Under the pieces are notes generated by a model. The model saw only the letters and a list, made by a program, of their open reading frames with translations, ran no database searches and had not been told where the DNA came from. From contig CAVTBU010000005.1 of NCBI GenBank assembly GCA_963733035.1, positions 1,280,001 through 1,344,000 on the forward strand: DNA of 64,000 bases. Direction: 5' to 3'. A program made the translations under genes and the position numbers. The DNA comes from Pirellulales bacterium (GTDB taxonomy: Bacteria; Planctomycetota; Planctomycetia; Pirellulales; PALSA-1355). Shown here in pieces: positions 27,647 to 36,357 of the stretch. Position 1 is the first letter of the stretch. Each line of letters begins with the position of its first letter.

Positions 27647-28975
27647 ATGAAACAGTCGTCCACCGAGAACGCCGCCACGCCTGCCGAACCTGCTCCCAAT
27701 CCGGGTGCCGGCATCGACTACGGACTGTTTCTCGATTGCGTGCACTGTGGACTCTGTACCTCGGCCTGTCCGACCTATGTCGAGACAGGTAACGAAAACG
27801 ACAGTCCGCGCGGCCGCATCTACTTGATGCGCAGCGTCACGGATGGCCGCTTGGAATTGACACATGAAGTGCGGAGGCATTTGGAACTCTGCCTCGATTG
27901 TCGGGCTTGCGAAACGGCCTGCCCCTCAGGCGTGCAGTACGGCAAGCTGATTGAGCCCTTTCGAGTGGCCATGGAGGCCGGTGGTGAACAAACCAAGTCG
28001 CAAGATTGGTTCCATCGCTGGATTCTGTTCCGGCTGTTCCCTTATCCCAATCGACTACGCGCCGCGTTGGCCCCAGCGCGAGTGGCGCAAATGCTCCGGC
28101 TCGACCGGGCCGTACGAGCCAGCGGTTTGTTGCGATTGCTGCCCCCCAGGCTGCGACAGTTGGCCGACATGCTGCCGCCGCTAGGCAAACGGCAGCCGGC
28201 ATTGCCCTCGCATTTGCCTCCAATCGGCAAGCGGCGGGCACGCGTGGCGCTGTTCACGGGGTGCGTCGGCGACGCGATCTTCCGCTCGACCAATTGGGCC
28301 ACGGCTCGCGTGTTGCAACACAACGGCTGCGAGGTACTGGTTCCCAAACATCAAGCCTGTTGTGGTGCGATTCATTTTCATGCCGGCAGCAGCGAACCTG
28401 CTCAAGAATTCGCCGACGCAAACGTGGCCGCCTTCAACGAGGACGACGTTGACGCCGTGATCGTGAACGTCGCCGGCTGTGGGGCGATGCTCAAGGACTA
28501 CGGACATCACTGGCACGACGTGCGTCAACCGATGCGAGAAGCCTTTGCCGCAAAGGTTCAAGATGTAAACCAGTTCCTCGACGCGCTCGGCCTCGTTCCG
28601 CCTCCCGGCAAGATCCCGCTGGTCGCCACCTATCACGACGCCTGCCACCTGGGTCATGCGCAAAAGGTGCGCGAAGCTCCACGACGAATTTTGGCCAAGA
28701 TCCCCGGCCTGCAGCTGCGCGAATTGCCCGAGAGCGAACTCTGCTGCGGAGCAGCAGGCACTTACAACCTGACCGAGCCCGAGATGGCAGCCCGACTCAG
28801 TCGGCGAAAGCTCGACAACATCCTGAGCACGGGCGCAGAATGCCTGATCACCGCAAATGCCGGCTGCCAACTGCAAATTGCCCGCGAGGCCCGCGCCCGC
28901 GGCCAGAAACTGTGGGTCGTACACCCCCTGGATTTATTGGACATGAGCTATCGACGCGAGCAACCGAATCGTTAG
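27647..28975 (+). CDS. glcF: Glycolate oxidase iron-sulfur subunit
   Basis: CVHCGLCTSACP and CLDCRACETACP 4Fe-4S motifs; two CCG domains; YHDACHL. Confidence 0.92.
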   Translation: MKQSSTENAATPAEPAPNPGAGIDYGLFLDCVHCGLCTSACPTYVETGNENDSPRGRIYLMRSVTDGRLELTHEVRRHLELCLDCRACETACPSGVQYGKLIEPFRVAMEAGGEQTKSQDWFHRWILFRLFPYPNRLRAALAPARVAQMLRLDRAVRASGLLRLLPPRLRQLADMLPPLGKRQPALPSHLPPIGKRRARVALFTGCVGDAIFRSTNWATARVLQHNGCEVLVPKHQACCGAIHFHAGSSEPAQEFADANVAAFNEDDVDAVIVNVAGCGAMLKDYGHHWHDVRQPMREAFAAKVQDVNQFLDALGLVPPPGKIPLVATYHDACHLGHAQKVREAPRRILAKIPGLQLRELPESELCCGAAGTYNLTEPEMAARLSRRKLDNILSTGAECLITANAGCQLQIAREARARGQKLWVVHPLDLLDMSYRREQPNR

Positions 28976-29022
28976 AGTGCGATCGCTGTTTGATCCGGGC
29001 TGGTCCCTTGCGCGCCGGTGTC

Positions 29023-30015
29023 TCAAGCCGCCTCGCAGGCGAAGCGCTCGGCGAAGGTTTCAATTTCGAGTGCCATGAGCCGCTGCACGAGCTCGGTCGG
29101 CGCCGGTCGACGTAGCGGTTCTTTGGCAAGCATCTGCTGAACGAGCCGCGCGGCACGCAACGGAATTTGCGGTGCCAAGCAGCGGACATCGCTGGGCAAC
29201 TGCTGCCGATGCTGGAGTGCCAACTCGGATACGTCTTCCGCGTCGAACGGCAAACGGCCGGTCAGCATCTCGAACAACATGACGCCCAGACTATAAACGT
29301 CGCTCTGCACGTCACCACCGACGGAGGAATAGAGCAACTCGGGGGCCATGTAGCTGATCGTTCCCAGCAGTGGTCGCTCGGCAATTGTGCCTCGCGACGA
29401 AGCTTCACTGGCAAAGCCTAAATCGATGAGTGTCGCATGGCCAGATGGCGAGAGCATTAAATTGCTCGGCTTCACGTCGCCATGCGCCCAACCGGCACAT
29501 TCCAACGCGGCGATGCCCTGGGCAGCCTGTCGTGCAATCCAGCACAACACCGGCAAGTCAAGCGCCGGCCCAAGCTCCAACTGCACGGCCAACGTGCAAC
29601 CTTCCAAGAGCGGCATCGCCAGGTAGTATGGCCGCGTCTCCAACTCGGCCGCCAGAATTGGCACGACGTGCGGATCGCAGACTCGGCGCGCAACCTGGAC
29701 TTCGCGCTTGAGAAGTGCCAGTCCGGCCGGGTCAGATTGCCACTCCGCACGAAGTATTTTCAACGCATACGCGGCCGGCTGATTCAGCGAGCTTCCCGCG
29801 GCTCGAGCCGAGTACACTTCGCAAAGAGTTCCACTGCCGATTCGTTCGACAGGCTCCCAGGTTCCAAGTCGGAAGGGAAGCGTTGTATCAGTTTCCGGCG
29901 GCACACTGCGCGAACGAAGCGACCGATTTTGACGGGATGTCAAAGCCATGGGCGGGAGACGACAGGTGGGTGGGGCGAACGCGAGGGGGGAAGAAGGGAT
30001 GCTAACGGTGGTCAT
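29023..30015 (-). CDS. Hanks-type Ser/Thr protein kinase (soluble, kinase domain only)
   Basis: IGSG, ALK, HGDVKPSN, DLG, GTISYMAPE and DVYSLG subdomains. Start (30015 or 29949) uncertain. Confidence 0.88.
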   Translation of the reverse strand: MTTVSIPSSPLAFAPPTCRLPPMALTSRQNRSLRSRSVPPETDTTLPFRLGTWEPVERIGSGTLCEVYSARAAGSSLNQPAAYALKILRAEWQSDPAGLALLKREVQVARRVCDPHVVPILAAELETRPYYLAMPLLEGCTLAVQLELGPALDLPVLCWIARQAAQGIAALECAGWAHGDVKPSNLMLSPSGHATLIDLGFASEASSRGTIAERPLLGTISYMAPELLYSSVGGDVQSDVYSLGVMLFEMLTGRLPFDAEDVSELALQHRQQLPSDVRCLAPQIPLRAARLVQQMLAKEPLRRPAPTELVQRLMALEIETFAERFACEAA

Positions 30016-30196
30016 CGGCAACTTCTGCTGGCAAAGTTGAGCGATCGTGCCACGTTGGCCGAATGTAGGTGCTGTGCCAGCAGGGCAAATCATCTCCTGC
30101 GCGTGGTCCCAACGCAACCCTTGCGACCGGCTCCAAGTCGTTTTAGAATCGCTGTTTTCGTTCGCGTGAACCCGGTACTTGTGAAGGGAGTTCCAG

Positions 30197-30310
30197 ATGA
30201 ATTGGAAGCTGAGTGTGGTCGCCGTGTTGTTGGGCATTTTCTCGATCGGCTTGCTGGTTGGTTGTGAGGCAAAGAAGCCCGAAGCTCCAGCACCCAACAC
30301 GACGTCCTAA
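30197..30310 (+). CDS. 37-aa micro-lipoprotein precursor
   Basis: Not in the ORF track. AAGGGAG RBS then MNWKLSVVAVLLGIFSIGLLVG-CEAKKPEAPAPNTTS*; basic residue, hydrophobic core and LVGC lipobox. Confidence 0.75.
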   Translation: MNWKLSVVAVLLGIFSIGLLVGCEAKKPEAPAPNTTS

Positions 30311-30324
30311 CCCGGCCCGGGCAA

Positions 30325-30374
30325 GACGCCGGAGTTGCGGACGCCAGTTACACCGCGACCGCAACTGCGGCGTC
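30325..30374 (+). other. 16-bp inverted repeat (stem-loop) after the micro-lipoprotein
   Basis: GACGCCGGAGTTGCGG ... CCGCAACTGCGGCGTC, one mismatch; no U-tract. Confidence 0.7.
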
Positions 30375-30467
30375 GGCAACTCCTGTCCACCGGCCCCAAG
30401 TGGGCGACGATTTTCCAGTTCGCGCGGGCTTGAAAAACCTCTCACCTCAGGCAAGAGGACTCACGGC

Positions 30468-31598
30468 ATGCTTCAGCGGCGGGAAGCCATTCTTGCGTTC
30501 GCGCTGGGTCTGATGGCGCTGATTTTCACCGGCTGTAGCGCCAGCAGCTCGACCGGCGCCAACAGTGCGGCCGACGTCGGAACAAAACGCGTGATCTTGC
30601 TGACCAACGGCGCCGATCCCTTCTGGGACGCCATGCGCGTGGGCATGCAGGACGCCGAGCGCGATTTTAAGCTTCGCGATGCGGGGCTGCGTACGACGAT
30701 GGAAGTCAACGATGGCACGCCCAAGGGCCAGATCGACCGGCTGCGGCAGTTCGCCAATCAGACCGATATCGCCGCGGTCGCGGTTTCGGTGACCGACTCC
30801 AACAACCCCGCCATTGCCCGGGCGATGGAGGAGTGCCAGCGAGCCGGCATCAAGGTGATCGCCATCGATTCGGACGTCGACCGCAAGACGGCGCGAGGGG
30901 CTCGCTTCGCCTACCTGGGCACCGACAACGTCGTCGGTGGTCAGGAACTCGGCAAAGCCGCGGCCGGCATTCGTCCCGCGGGCGGCAAATACGCCACGTT
31001 CGTCGGCCTTAAAGGCGCGGCCAACGCCATCGAGCGCATTGACGGCTTCGCACAAGGCGCCGGCGACAAGTTTCAGCAGGTTGAAAACCTGGGAGACGAC
31101 ATGGACTTGAGCACGGCGCTCAAGAACGTCAAGGATGCGCTCGACCGGCACGCCGATCTGGATGTGTTAGTCGGCATTTGGGCCTACAACGCCCACGCGA
31201 TCGTCGATGTCGTGTCGCAGCGCGGAATTCGCGACAAGGCGACCGTCGTCGTTTTCGACGCCGCGCCGAAGGCCATCGCCGACATGAGCAACGGAAATAT
31301 CGACGCCATGGTCGTCCAAAACCCCTATGACATGGGCTACCGTGGCACGCGGCTGATGAAAGCCCTCGTCGAGGGAGACAACGAAACGATCCACGAAATG
31401 CTGCCGGCATTCGATCCCCAGACGCAGAAGTTCAGCGAAAGCGAGCCCAACGGTGATATCCTGACCACCGGTTTGCGCGTCGTGCATCCCGACGAAGGTT
31501 CGCCGCTCAAGCGAGAGATGTTCCAGGAGTCGACCGAGTTTCTCTCGCTTAGCGACTTCAAAAAGTGGTTGTCTGATCACAATCTGACTGGATCATGA
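30468..31598 (+). CDS. Sugar ABC transporter substrate-binding lipoprotein (RbsB-like)
   Basis: Lipobox FTGC; PFW, IAIDSD, YLGTDN, ERIDGF, VFD and VQNPYDMGY motifs. Confidence 0.9.
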   Translation: MLQRREAILAFALGLMALIFTGCSASSSTGANSAADVGTKRVILLTNGADPFWDAMRVGMQDAERDFKLRDAGLRTTMEVNDGTPKGQIDRLRQFANQTDIAAVAVSVTDSNNPAIARAMEECQRAGIKVIAIDSDVDRKTARGARFAYLGTDNVVGGQELGKAAAGIRPAGGKYATFVGLKGAANAIERIDGFAQGAGDKFQQVENLGDDMDLSTALKNVKDALDRHADLDVLVGIWAYNAHAIVDVVSQRGIRDKATVVVFDAAPKAIADMSNGNIDAMVVQNPYDMGYRGTRLMKALVEGDNETIHEMLPAFDPQTQKFSESEPNGDILTTGLRVVHPDEGSPLKREMFQESTEFLSLSDFKKWLSDHNLTGS

Positions 31599-32854
31599 TG
31601 ACAACCGCCGGCGAACCGATTCATCCACTGCGGCGTTTGGCTCGCCTGCACTCCAACGAACTGGGTCTGCTGGTGGCCATCGTGGCGGTCATTGCCGCTA
31701 CCACGATCTTCAGCGATGCTTATCGCGAGAAGCCGCTACAAAATGCCCAGGAGATTCTGCGGCAAACGTCGCTGCTAGGCGTGTTCGCCCTCGGCGCGGC
31801 GATCGTGATCATCTCCGGCGGTATCGATTTGTCGAGCGGCTCGGTGATCGCCTTCAGCGGCGCGGTATGCGCGTCAATCATGCTGGCGCTCGCCCCGCTC
31901 GATGAGGCGGGCGCGCCCGACACGGGCAATCTTGGGCTGGGAATTCTCGCGGTCGCAATCGCTGGCGCATTGGTGGCCGGCTTTCTCGTCGGCACACTGC
32001 ACGCCTGGCTGATTACGGTCGTCGGCTTGCCACCCTTTGTCGCCACCCTGGCATCGTTGGTCGGGCTGCGCAGTCTCGCGCGCGTAATGGTGCAAGAGGT
32101 GACCACGGCCCTCACCCCCACGGGCCGCACGACACAGATCTACATTTATGACAGCACGTTCAACGCGTTGGGAACTCGATGGTGGATCCCGCTGGCCATC
32201 TTTCTGATTCTGAGTTTCGTGTGCTGGATCCTGCTCAGCCGCACCGTCGTCGGGCGCCATCTCTATGCCATGGGCGGCAACGAAGCCGCGGCACGATTGA
32301 GCGGCATCCGCACCGATCACCTCAAGTGGTTGGCCTACAGCCTGGGAGCGATCACCTCATCCATCGCCGGAATTCTTTACATGGCCGAGGTTGGCACGGC
32401 ATACCCGGCCGTCCAGGGACTGGGCTATGAACTGAACGCCATTGCCGCGGCCGTCGTCGGTGGTTGCAGCCTGCAAGGGGGCGTGGGAACGATCTGGGGA
32501 ACCATGCTGGGCGTCGTCTTCCTGCGGGTGGTGATCGACGCCGTTGCCAAGTTGGTCAAAGTCGGTGCCGATGAATACCAGGGAATCATCGTCGGCGTCT
32601 TGGTGGTGCTCGCCGTGGCGTTTAACGAACTGCGTCGGGCCGGCGGCGGCCTGAGCAAACAGTTCTTTCCAGGACTGTTGGGCATCTTGGCGATTGGCAT
32701 TTTGACGGCGCTGGCCGGCACGCTGACCACGATGATGTTCGGCAAATCCGCCGGCCTGTCGGTATTCGTGATCGCCCTTGTTTCACTCTCCGTTCGCCGA
32801 CTGGCCGAGGGCCGCGCGATTCGGAGGCGGCACTCCGACGCGGTGCCGTCATGA
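31595..32854 (+). CDS. Sugar ABC transporter permease (RbsC-like)
   Basis: [29 protein letters not shown] and [13 protein letters not shown] motifs. Confidence 0.93.
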   Translation: MMTTAGEPIHPLRRLARLHSNELGLLVAIVAVIAATTIFSDAYREKPLQNAQEILRQTSLLGVFALGAAIVIISGGIDLSSGSVIAFSGAVCASIMLALAPLDEAGAPDTGNLGLGILAVAIAGALVAGFLVGTLHAWLITVVGLPPFVATLASLVGLRSLARVMVQEVTTALTPTGRTTQIYIYDSTFNALGTRWWIPLAIFLILSFVCWILLSRTVVGRHLYAMGGNEAAARLSGIRTDHLKWLAYSLGAITSSIAGILYMAEVGTAYPAVQGLGYELNAIAAAVVGGCSLQGGVGTIWGTMLGVVFLRVVIDAVAKLVKVGADEYQGIIVGVLVVLAVAFNELRRAGGGLSKQFFPGLLGILAIGILTALAGTLTTMMFGKSAGLSVFVIALVSLSVRRLAEGRAIRRRHSDAVPS

Positions 32855-34383
32855 CGTCGGTGCCGCTGGTTTCGATTCGCCATGTCTCGAAGCGTTATCC
32901 CGGCGTGCAGGCCCTCGCCGACGTGTCGTTTGACGTGCGTCCAGGAGAACTATTGGCGATCGTCGGCGAAAATGGGGCCGGCAAGAGCACGCTGATGAAG
33001 ATCCTGTCAGGCGTGATCGTCGACTACGACGGTCAGCTAGCGCTGCGTGGACAGGCCGTTCGATTCAGTGGCACGCGCGACGCCGAGGCAGCCGGAGTGA
33101 GCATCATTCACCAGGAGCTGAACCTCGTCGAGCAGCTTTCGGCCGCCGCCAACGTGTTTCTCGGCCGCGAGCGGCGAACCGCCTGGGGTTGGCTCGATCA
33201 GGCCACAATGGACCGCCAGGCCTCCCATTTGCTTGAGCAGCTCGAATGCCGTATCGACGCCCGGCGACCCGTGGGCGAACTGCGCGTCGGTGATCAACAG
33301 CTCATCGAAATCGCCAAAGCGCTATCGCTTGAGTCCGAGATTCTGATCATGGACGAGCCGACCAGCGCACTAACCGAAGCGGAAGTGGCGCGGTTGTTTC
33401 GCGTCATCGAGCGACTCAGGGAGCGCGGGGTCACGATCCTTTATATCTCGCACAAGATGGACGAGGTGTTTCACCTGGCCGAGCGGATTGCCGTCTTGCG
33501 CGATGGAAAACTAGTCGACGTGGTCGATCGCACGGATGCCACGCCGCGCGGCGTCACGCATCTGATGGTCGGACGCGAGATCGAGGAAACCAACGTTTCG
33601 AGTCCGCGAGAGCCGGGCGAAGTGGTGCTGGAGGTCGAACACCTGTCGCTCCCCTGGCCGGGACACGCACGGCAGTGGCGCCTGGCAGACGTTTCCTTTT
33701 CGCTGCGCAAGGGCGAGATCGTCGGCATCGCCGGCTTGATGGGTGCCGGCCGCACGGAACTGCTCGAATGCCTCTTCGGCGCCAGCCAGGACCGTCCCCG
33801 CGGCACCATGGTTCTGGACGGCCGGGCGGTCGCCTTCTCGCATCCGGCCGAGGCCAAGCGTGCCGGCGTGGCACTAGTCACGGAAGACCGCAAACGATTT
33901 GGGCTTTTCGCCGAAATGTCGGTGGGGCAGAACATCACGCTCTGCACGCTCGGACAGTCCACGCAGGCCGGACTGCTGAGTCGTCGCCGCGAAGGAACCC
34001 GGGCCAAGCAGATGGTCGATCAGCTCGGCGTGAAGACGGCCGGCGTCGAAGCCTCGATCACGAGCCTCAGCGGCGGCAATCAGCAGAAAGCGATCATCGG
34101 CCGCTGGTTGCTCACCCAGCCCAAGGTACTGCTGCTCGACGATCCGACGCGCGGGGTCGACGTGGGAGCCAAGGCCGAACTTTACCGGCTGATGGACCAG
34201 CTCTGCCGGCAAGGACTGGGGATCTTGGTTACTTCCAGCGAATTGCCCGAACTACTTACGCTCTGCGACCGCATTCTCGTGCTCTGCGAAGGTCGCTTGA
34301 CCGGGGAATTCTCGCGCGAGGAAGCCACCGAACAACGAATTATGGAAGCGGCGACCATGCGACGCTCCAGCGTCCAGGCCTGA
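32851..34383 (+). CDS. Sugar ABC transporter ATP-binding protein (RbsA-like)
   Basis: [24 protein letters not shown] and [10 protein letters not shown]; tandem ABC domains. Confidence 0.95.
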   Translation: MTSVPLVSIRHVSKRYPGVQALADVSFDVRPGELLAIVGENGAGKSTLMKILSGVIVDYDGQLALRGQAVRFSGTRDAEAAGVSIIHQELNLVEQLSAAANVFLGRERRTAWGWLDQATMDRQASHLLEQLECRIDARRPVGELRVGDQQLIEIAKALSLESEILIMDEPTSALTEAEVARLFRVIERLRERGVTILYISHKMDEVFHLAERIAVLRDGKLVDVVDRTDATPRGVTHLMVGREIEETNVSSPREPGEVVLEVEHLSLPWPGHARQWRLADVSFSLRKGEIVGIAGLMGAGRTELLECLFGASQDRPRGTMVLDGRAVAFSHPAEAKRAGVALVTEDRKRFGLFAEMSVGQNITLCTLGQSTQAGLLSRRREGTRAKQMVDQLGVKTAGVEASITSLSGGNQQKAIIGRWLLTQPKVLLLDDPTRGVDVGAKAELYRLMDQLCRQGLGILVTSSELPELLTLCDRILVLCEGRLTGEFSREEATEQRIMEAATMRRSSVQA

Positions 34384-34385
34384 CG

Positions 34386-35438
34386 TCAGGTACCGACATA
34401 TTTCGCATACACAGACCGGGCCGTGGCGATGTCATCCGTTCCGCCAATGATTGCCCTTCCATCGGCAAACAGCGTGAGCGTGTAGTCGTCGATCGCGGCA
34501 CGCACCAGATAGCGGTTTTGTGTCACGCGTCCCACCGAGGAAAGCTTTTCGGCGAGTTTTTCCAGCGACACCGTAGCCCGATCCGGAGGGCTCAGCTGCA
34601 CGGCATTGCGACCGCAAAGGATAGCCGATCGGCTCGCGCGGCTGCCGTCGAGCCACGGGAACTCGCTGCCGCGGCACGCCGCGCATTGGCCATTGGCACG
34701 CAACGATTCGAGGCTCACCTGTCGGATGCGATTGTCCCACACGTCGATGATCGTCAGCTGCCGGTTGATGGCGTCGCGATTTCCGCTCGCGATCTTGAGT
34801 GCCTCGTTCGCTTGCAGCGACGCGATCACATTGACGATCGGTGCCAAGATGCCTGCCGTGTCGCACGTGGGCGTGGTGCCAGGCGGCGGCGTGTCGTTCA
34901 TCAGGCACCGCAGGCAGGCGGTTTCTCCCGGAATGATCGTCATCGTCTGCCCCTCGGAACCAAGGCAGCCGCCGTAGACCCAGGGGATGCGGCGCTTCAT
35001 TGCCAGGTCGTTGAGTAGCATCCGAGTTTCGAAGTTGTCGGTGCCGTCCAGAATCACGTCGATGCCGTCGGTCAACTCCTCGACATTGGTGAAATCCACG
35101 TCGGCAACGATCGGTTCGACGGTCACCTGCGAATTGATCACGCGAAGCTTGTTTGTCGCGGCAATCGCCTTTGGCAACCCTGCCGCCACGTCCGCCTCGT
35201 CAAATAGCACCTGCCGCTGCAGGTTGTTGAGTTCGAGAAAATCGCGGTCGACCAATCGCACGTAGCCGAGTCCGCTGCGGACGAGCGTACCCGCGATCAC
35301 CGAACCAAGCGCCCCGCAGCCACAGACCAGCGCCCGGGCCGCCGACAACTTTCGCTGCCCCTCCTCCCCAAAGGGCGCAAAACGAATTTGTCGCGCGTAG
35401 CGCGTCAGGTCGAGAGCATTCGTAACGTCATCCGTCAT
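34386..35438 (-). CDS. ThiF/MoeB-family adenylyltransferase
   Basis: RYARQ, GCGALGS, DRD...NNLQRQ, DGTDN, CLRC...CDTAG and CAAC motifs; no rhodanese domain. Confidence 0.92.
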   Translation of the reverse strand: MTDDVTNALDLTRYARQIRFAPFGEEGQRKLSAARALVCGCGALGSVIAGTLVRSGLGYVRLVDRDFLELNNLQRQVLFDEADVAAGLPKAIAATNKLRVINSQVTVEPIVADVDFTNVEELTDGIDVILDGTDNFETRMLLNDLAMKRRIPWVYGGCLGSEGQTMTIIPGETACLRCLMNDTPPPGTTPTCDTAGILAPIVNVIASLQANEALKIASGNRDAINRQLTIIDVWDNRIRQVSLESLRANGQCAACRGSEFPWLDGSRASRSAILCGRNAVQLSPPDRATVSLEKLAEKLSSVGRVTQNRYLVRAAIDDYTLTLFADGRAIIGGTDDIATARSVYAKYVGT

Positions 35439-35476
35439 GGCACTTGAAATTAAATGCGTGAAACAAACACCGCCAG

Positions 35477-36355
35477 TTACACAATATAGCCGGCAAACTG
35501 CCCTTGCGGCGCCAGACTGCGTTGCAACTTGTCGCAGCCCGCCCTGGCTTGGTCCACGCTTGTGCAGTTCGGCAATTTCCGTCTTACGATCACCGGCAGC
35601 CCGCCTGCAACGAGGCCAGCGATTTCCTGATCTGAAACCTGGAGGATCACCAGGTCAGCCCAGGGCGACGGGGTGATTGGCATGTCGCCGGAGAATCGTT
35701 CCGCCAGCAATAGGTTGAGTCCTACGCCCTCGAGTTGCGGATTTGCACCGCGCGGCAAGGAGACGATACCGACCGCCGGCCAGCGGCTCAGTCGGCGGAT
35801 TTCATCGGCGTCGGATTGGTCCAATTCCGCCACGACAAAGACGCCTACCCTGCTCGCCGTTTCGCAAATTGAATCATCCGGCGCTGCGACAACCAAAGCC
35901 GTGTCGAGTGTGTGCCACTGAGCAGGGTCGACTGGCCGATCGCCGGCGGCTGCCACGCCGCGCAAGACCCAGGCCTTGCCATCGAGTCGCAGCCGTCCGC
36001 CGGCAGCTCCGAACCGCCGAATCCCAAAACACCGCTCCGCCTCCCCCAGCACTCGGCCCTCTTGCTGAAGTTGCCAACGGGCCTGGTACAAATGCGGCAT
36101 TTCCGGAGTCCAAAAGCTGGGCTCCGGCACAATCGCCTCGGCCAGCGGAGCTGCTCCCGGACCGCGGTCGATAAATCGCGAAGTGGCCGGCAATGTCTCC
36201 GCATAGATGCACGTCGGACCCGTGAGTGTGCCTGTCACTTGTAGTCCCTGACCGGGTTGCGGACCGTAGTAGCGGGCGTAGACGCGACAGACGGCTTGCG
36301 AAACGGCGCCGAAAAACAGGTCCACGCAATCGGCGTGCGAATCGGATGTGGACAT
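35477..36355 (-). CDS. Hypothetical protein resembling a truncated, degenerate GH2 glycoside hydrolase
   Basis: FWTPEMPHLY and FGIRRF...LRLDGKAWVLRGV echo the GH2 Ig-domain/TIM-barrel junction; only 292 aa; no NE acid/base motif visible. Confidence 0.6.
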   Translation of the reverse strand: MSTSDSHADCVDLFFGAVSQAVCRVYARYYGPQPGQGLQVTGTLTGPTCIYAETLPATSRFIDRGPGAAPLAEAIVPEPSFWTPEMPHLYQARWQLQQEGRVLGEAERCFGIRRFGAAGGRLRLDGKAWVLRGVAAAGDRPVDPAQWHTLDTALVVAAPDDSICETASRVGVFVVAELDQSDADEIRRLSRWPAVGIVSLPRGANPQLEGVGLNLLLAERFSGDMPITPSPWADLVILQVSDQEIAGLVAGGLPVIVRRKLPNCTSVDQARAGCDKLQRSLAPQGQFAGYIV

Positions 36356-36357
36356 GG

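Noticed and set aside
34386..35438. ThiF protein as a CBASS/ubiquitin-like defence or RiPP enzyme
   Set aside because: No E2, JAB, cyclase or precursor peptide nearby; the sequence looks like an ordinary MoeB/ThiF.
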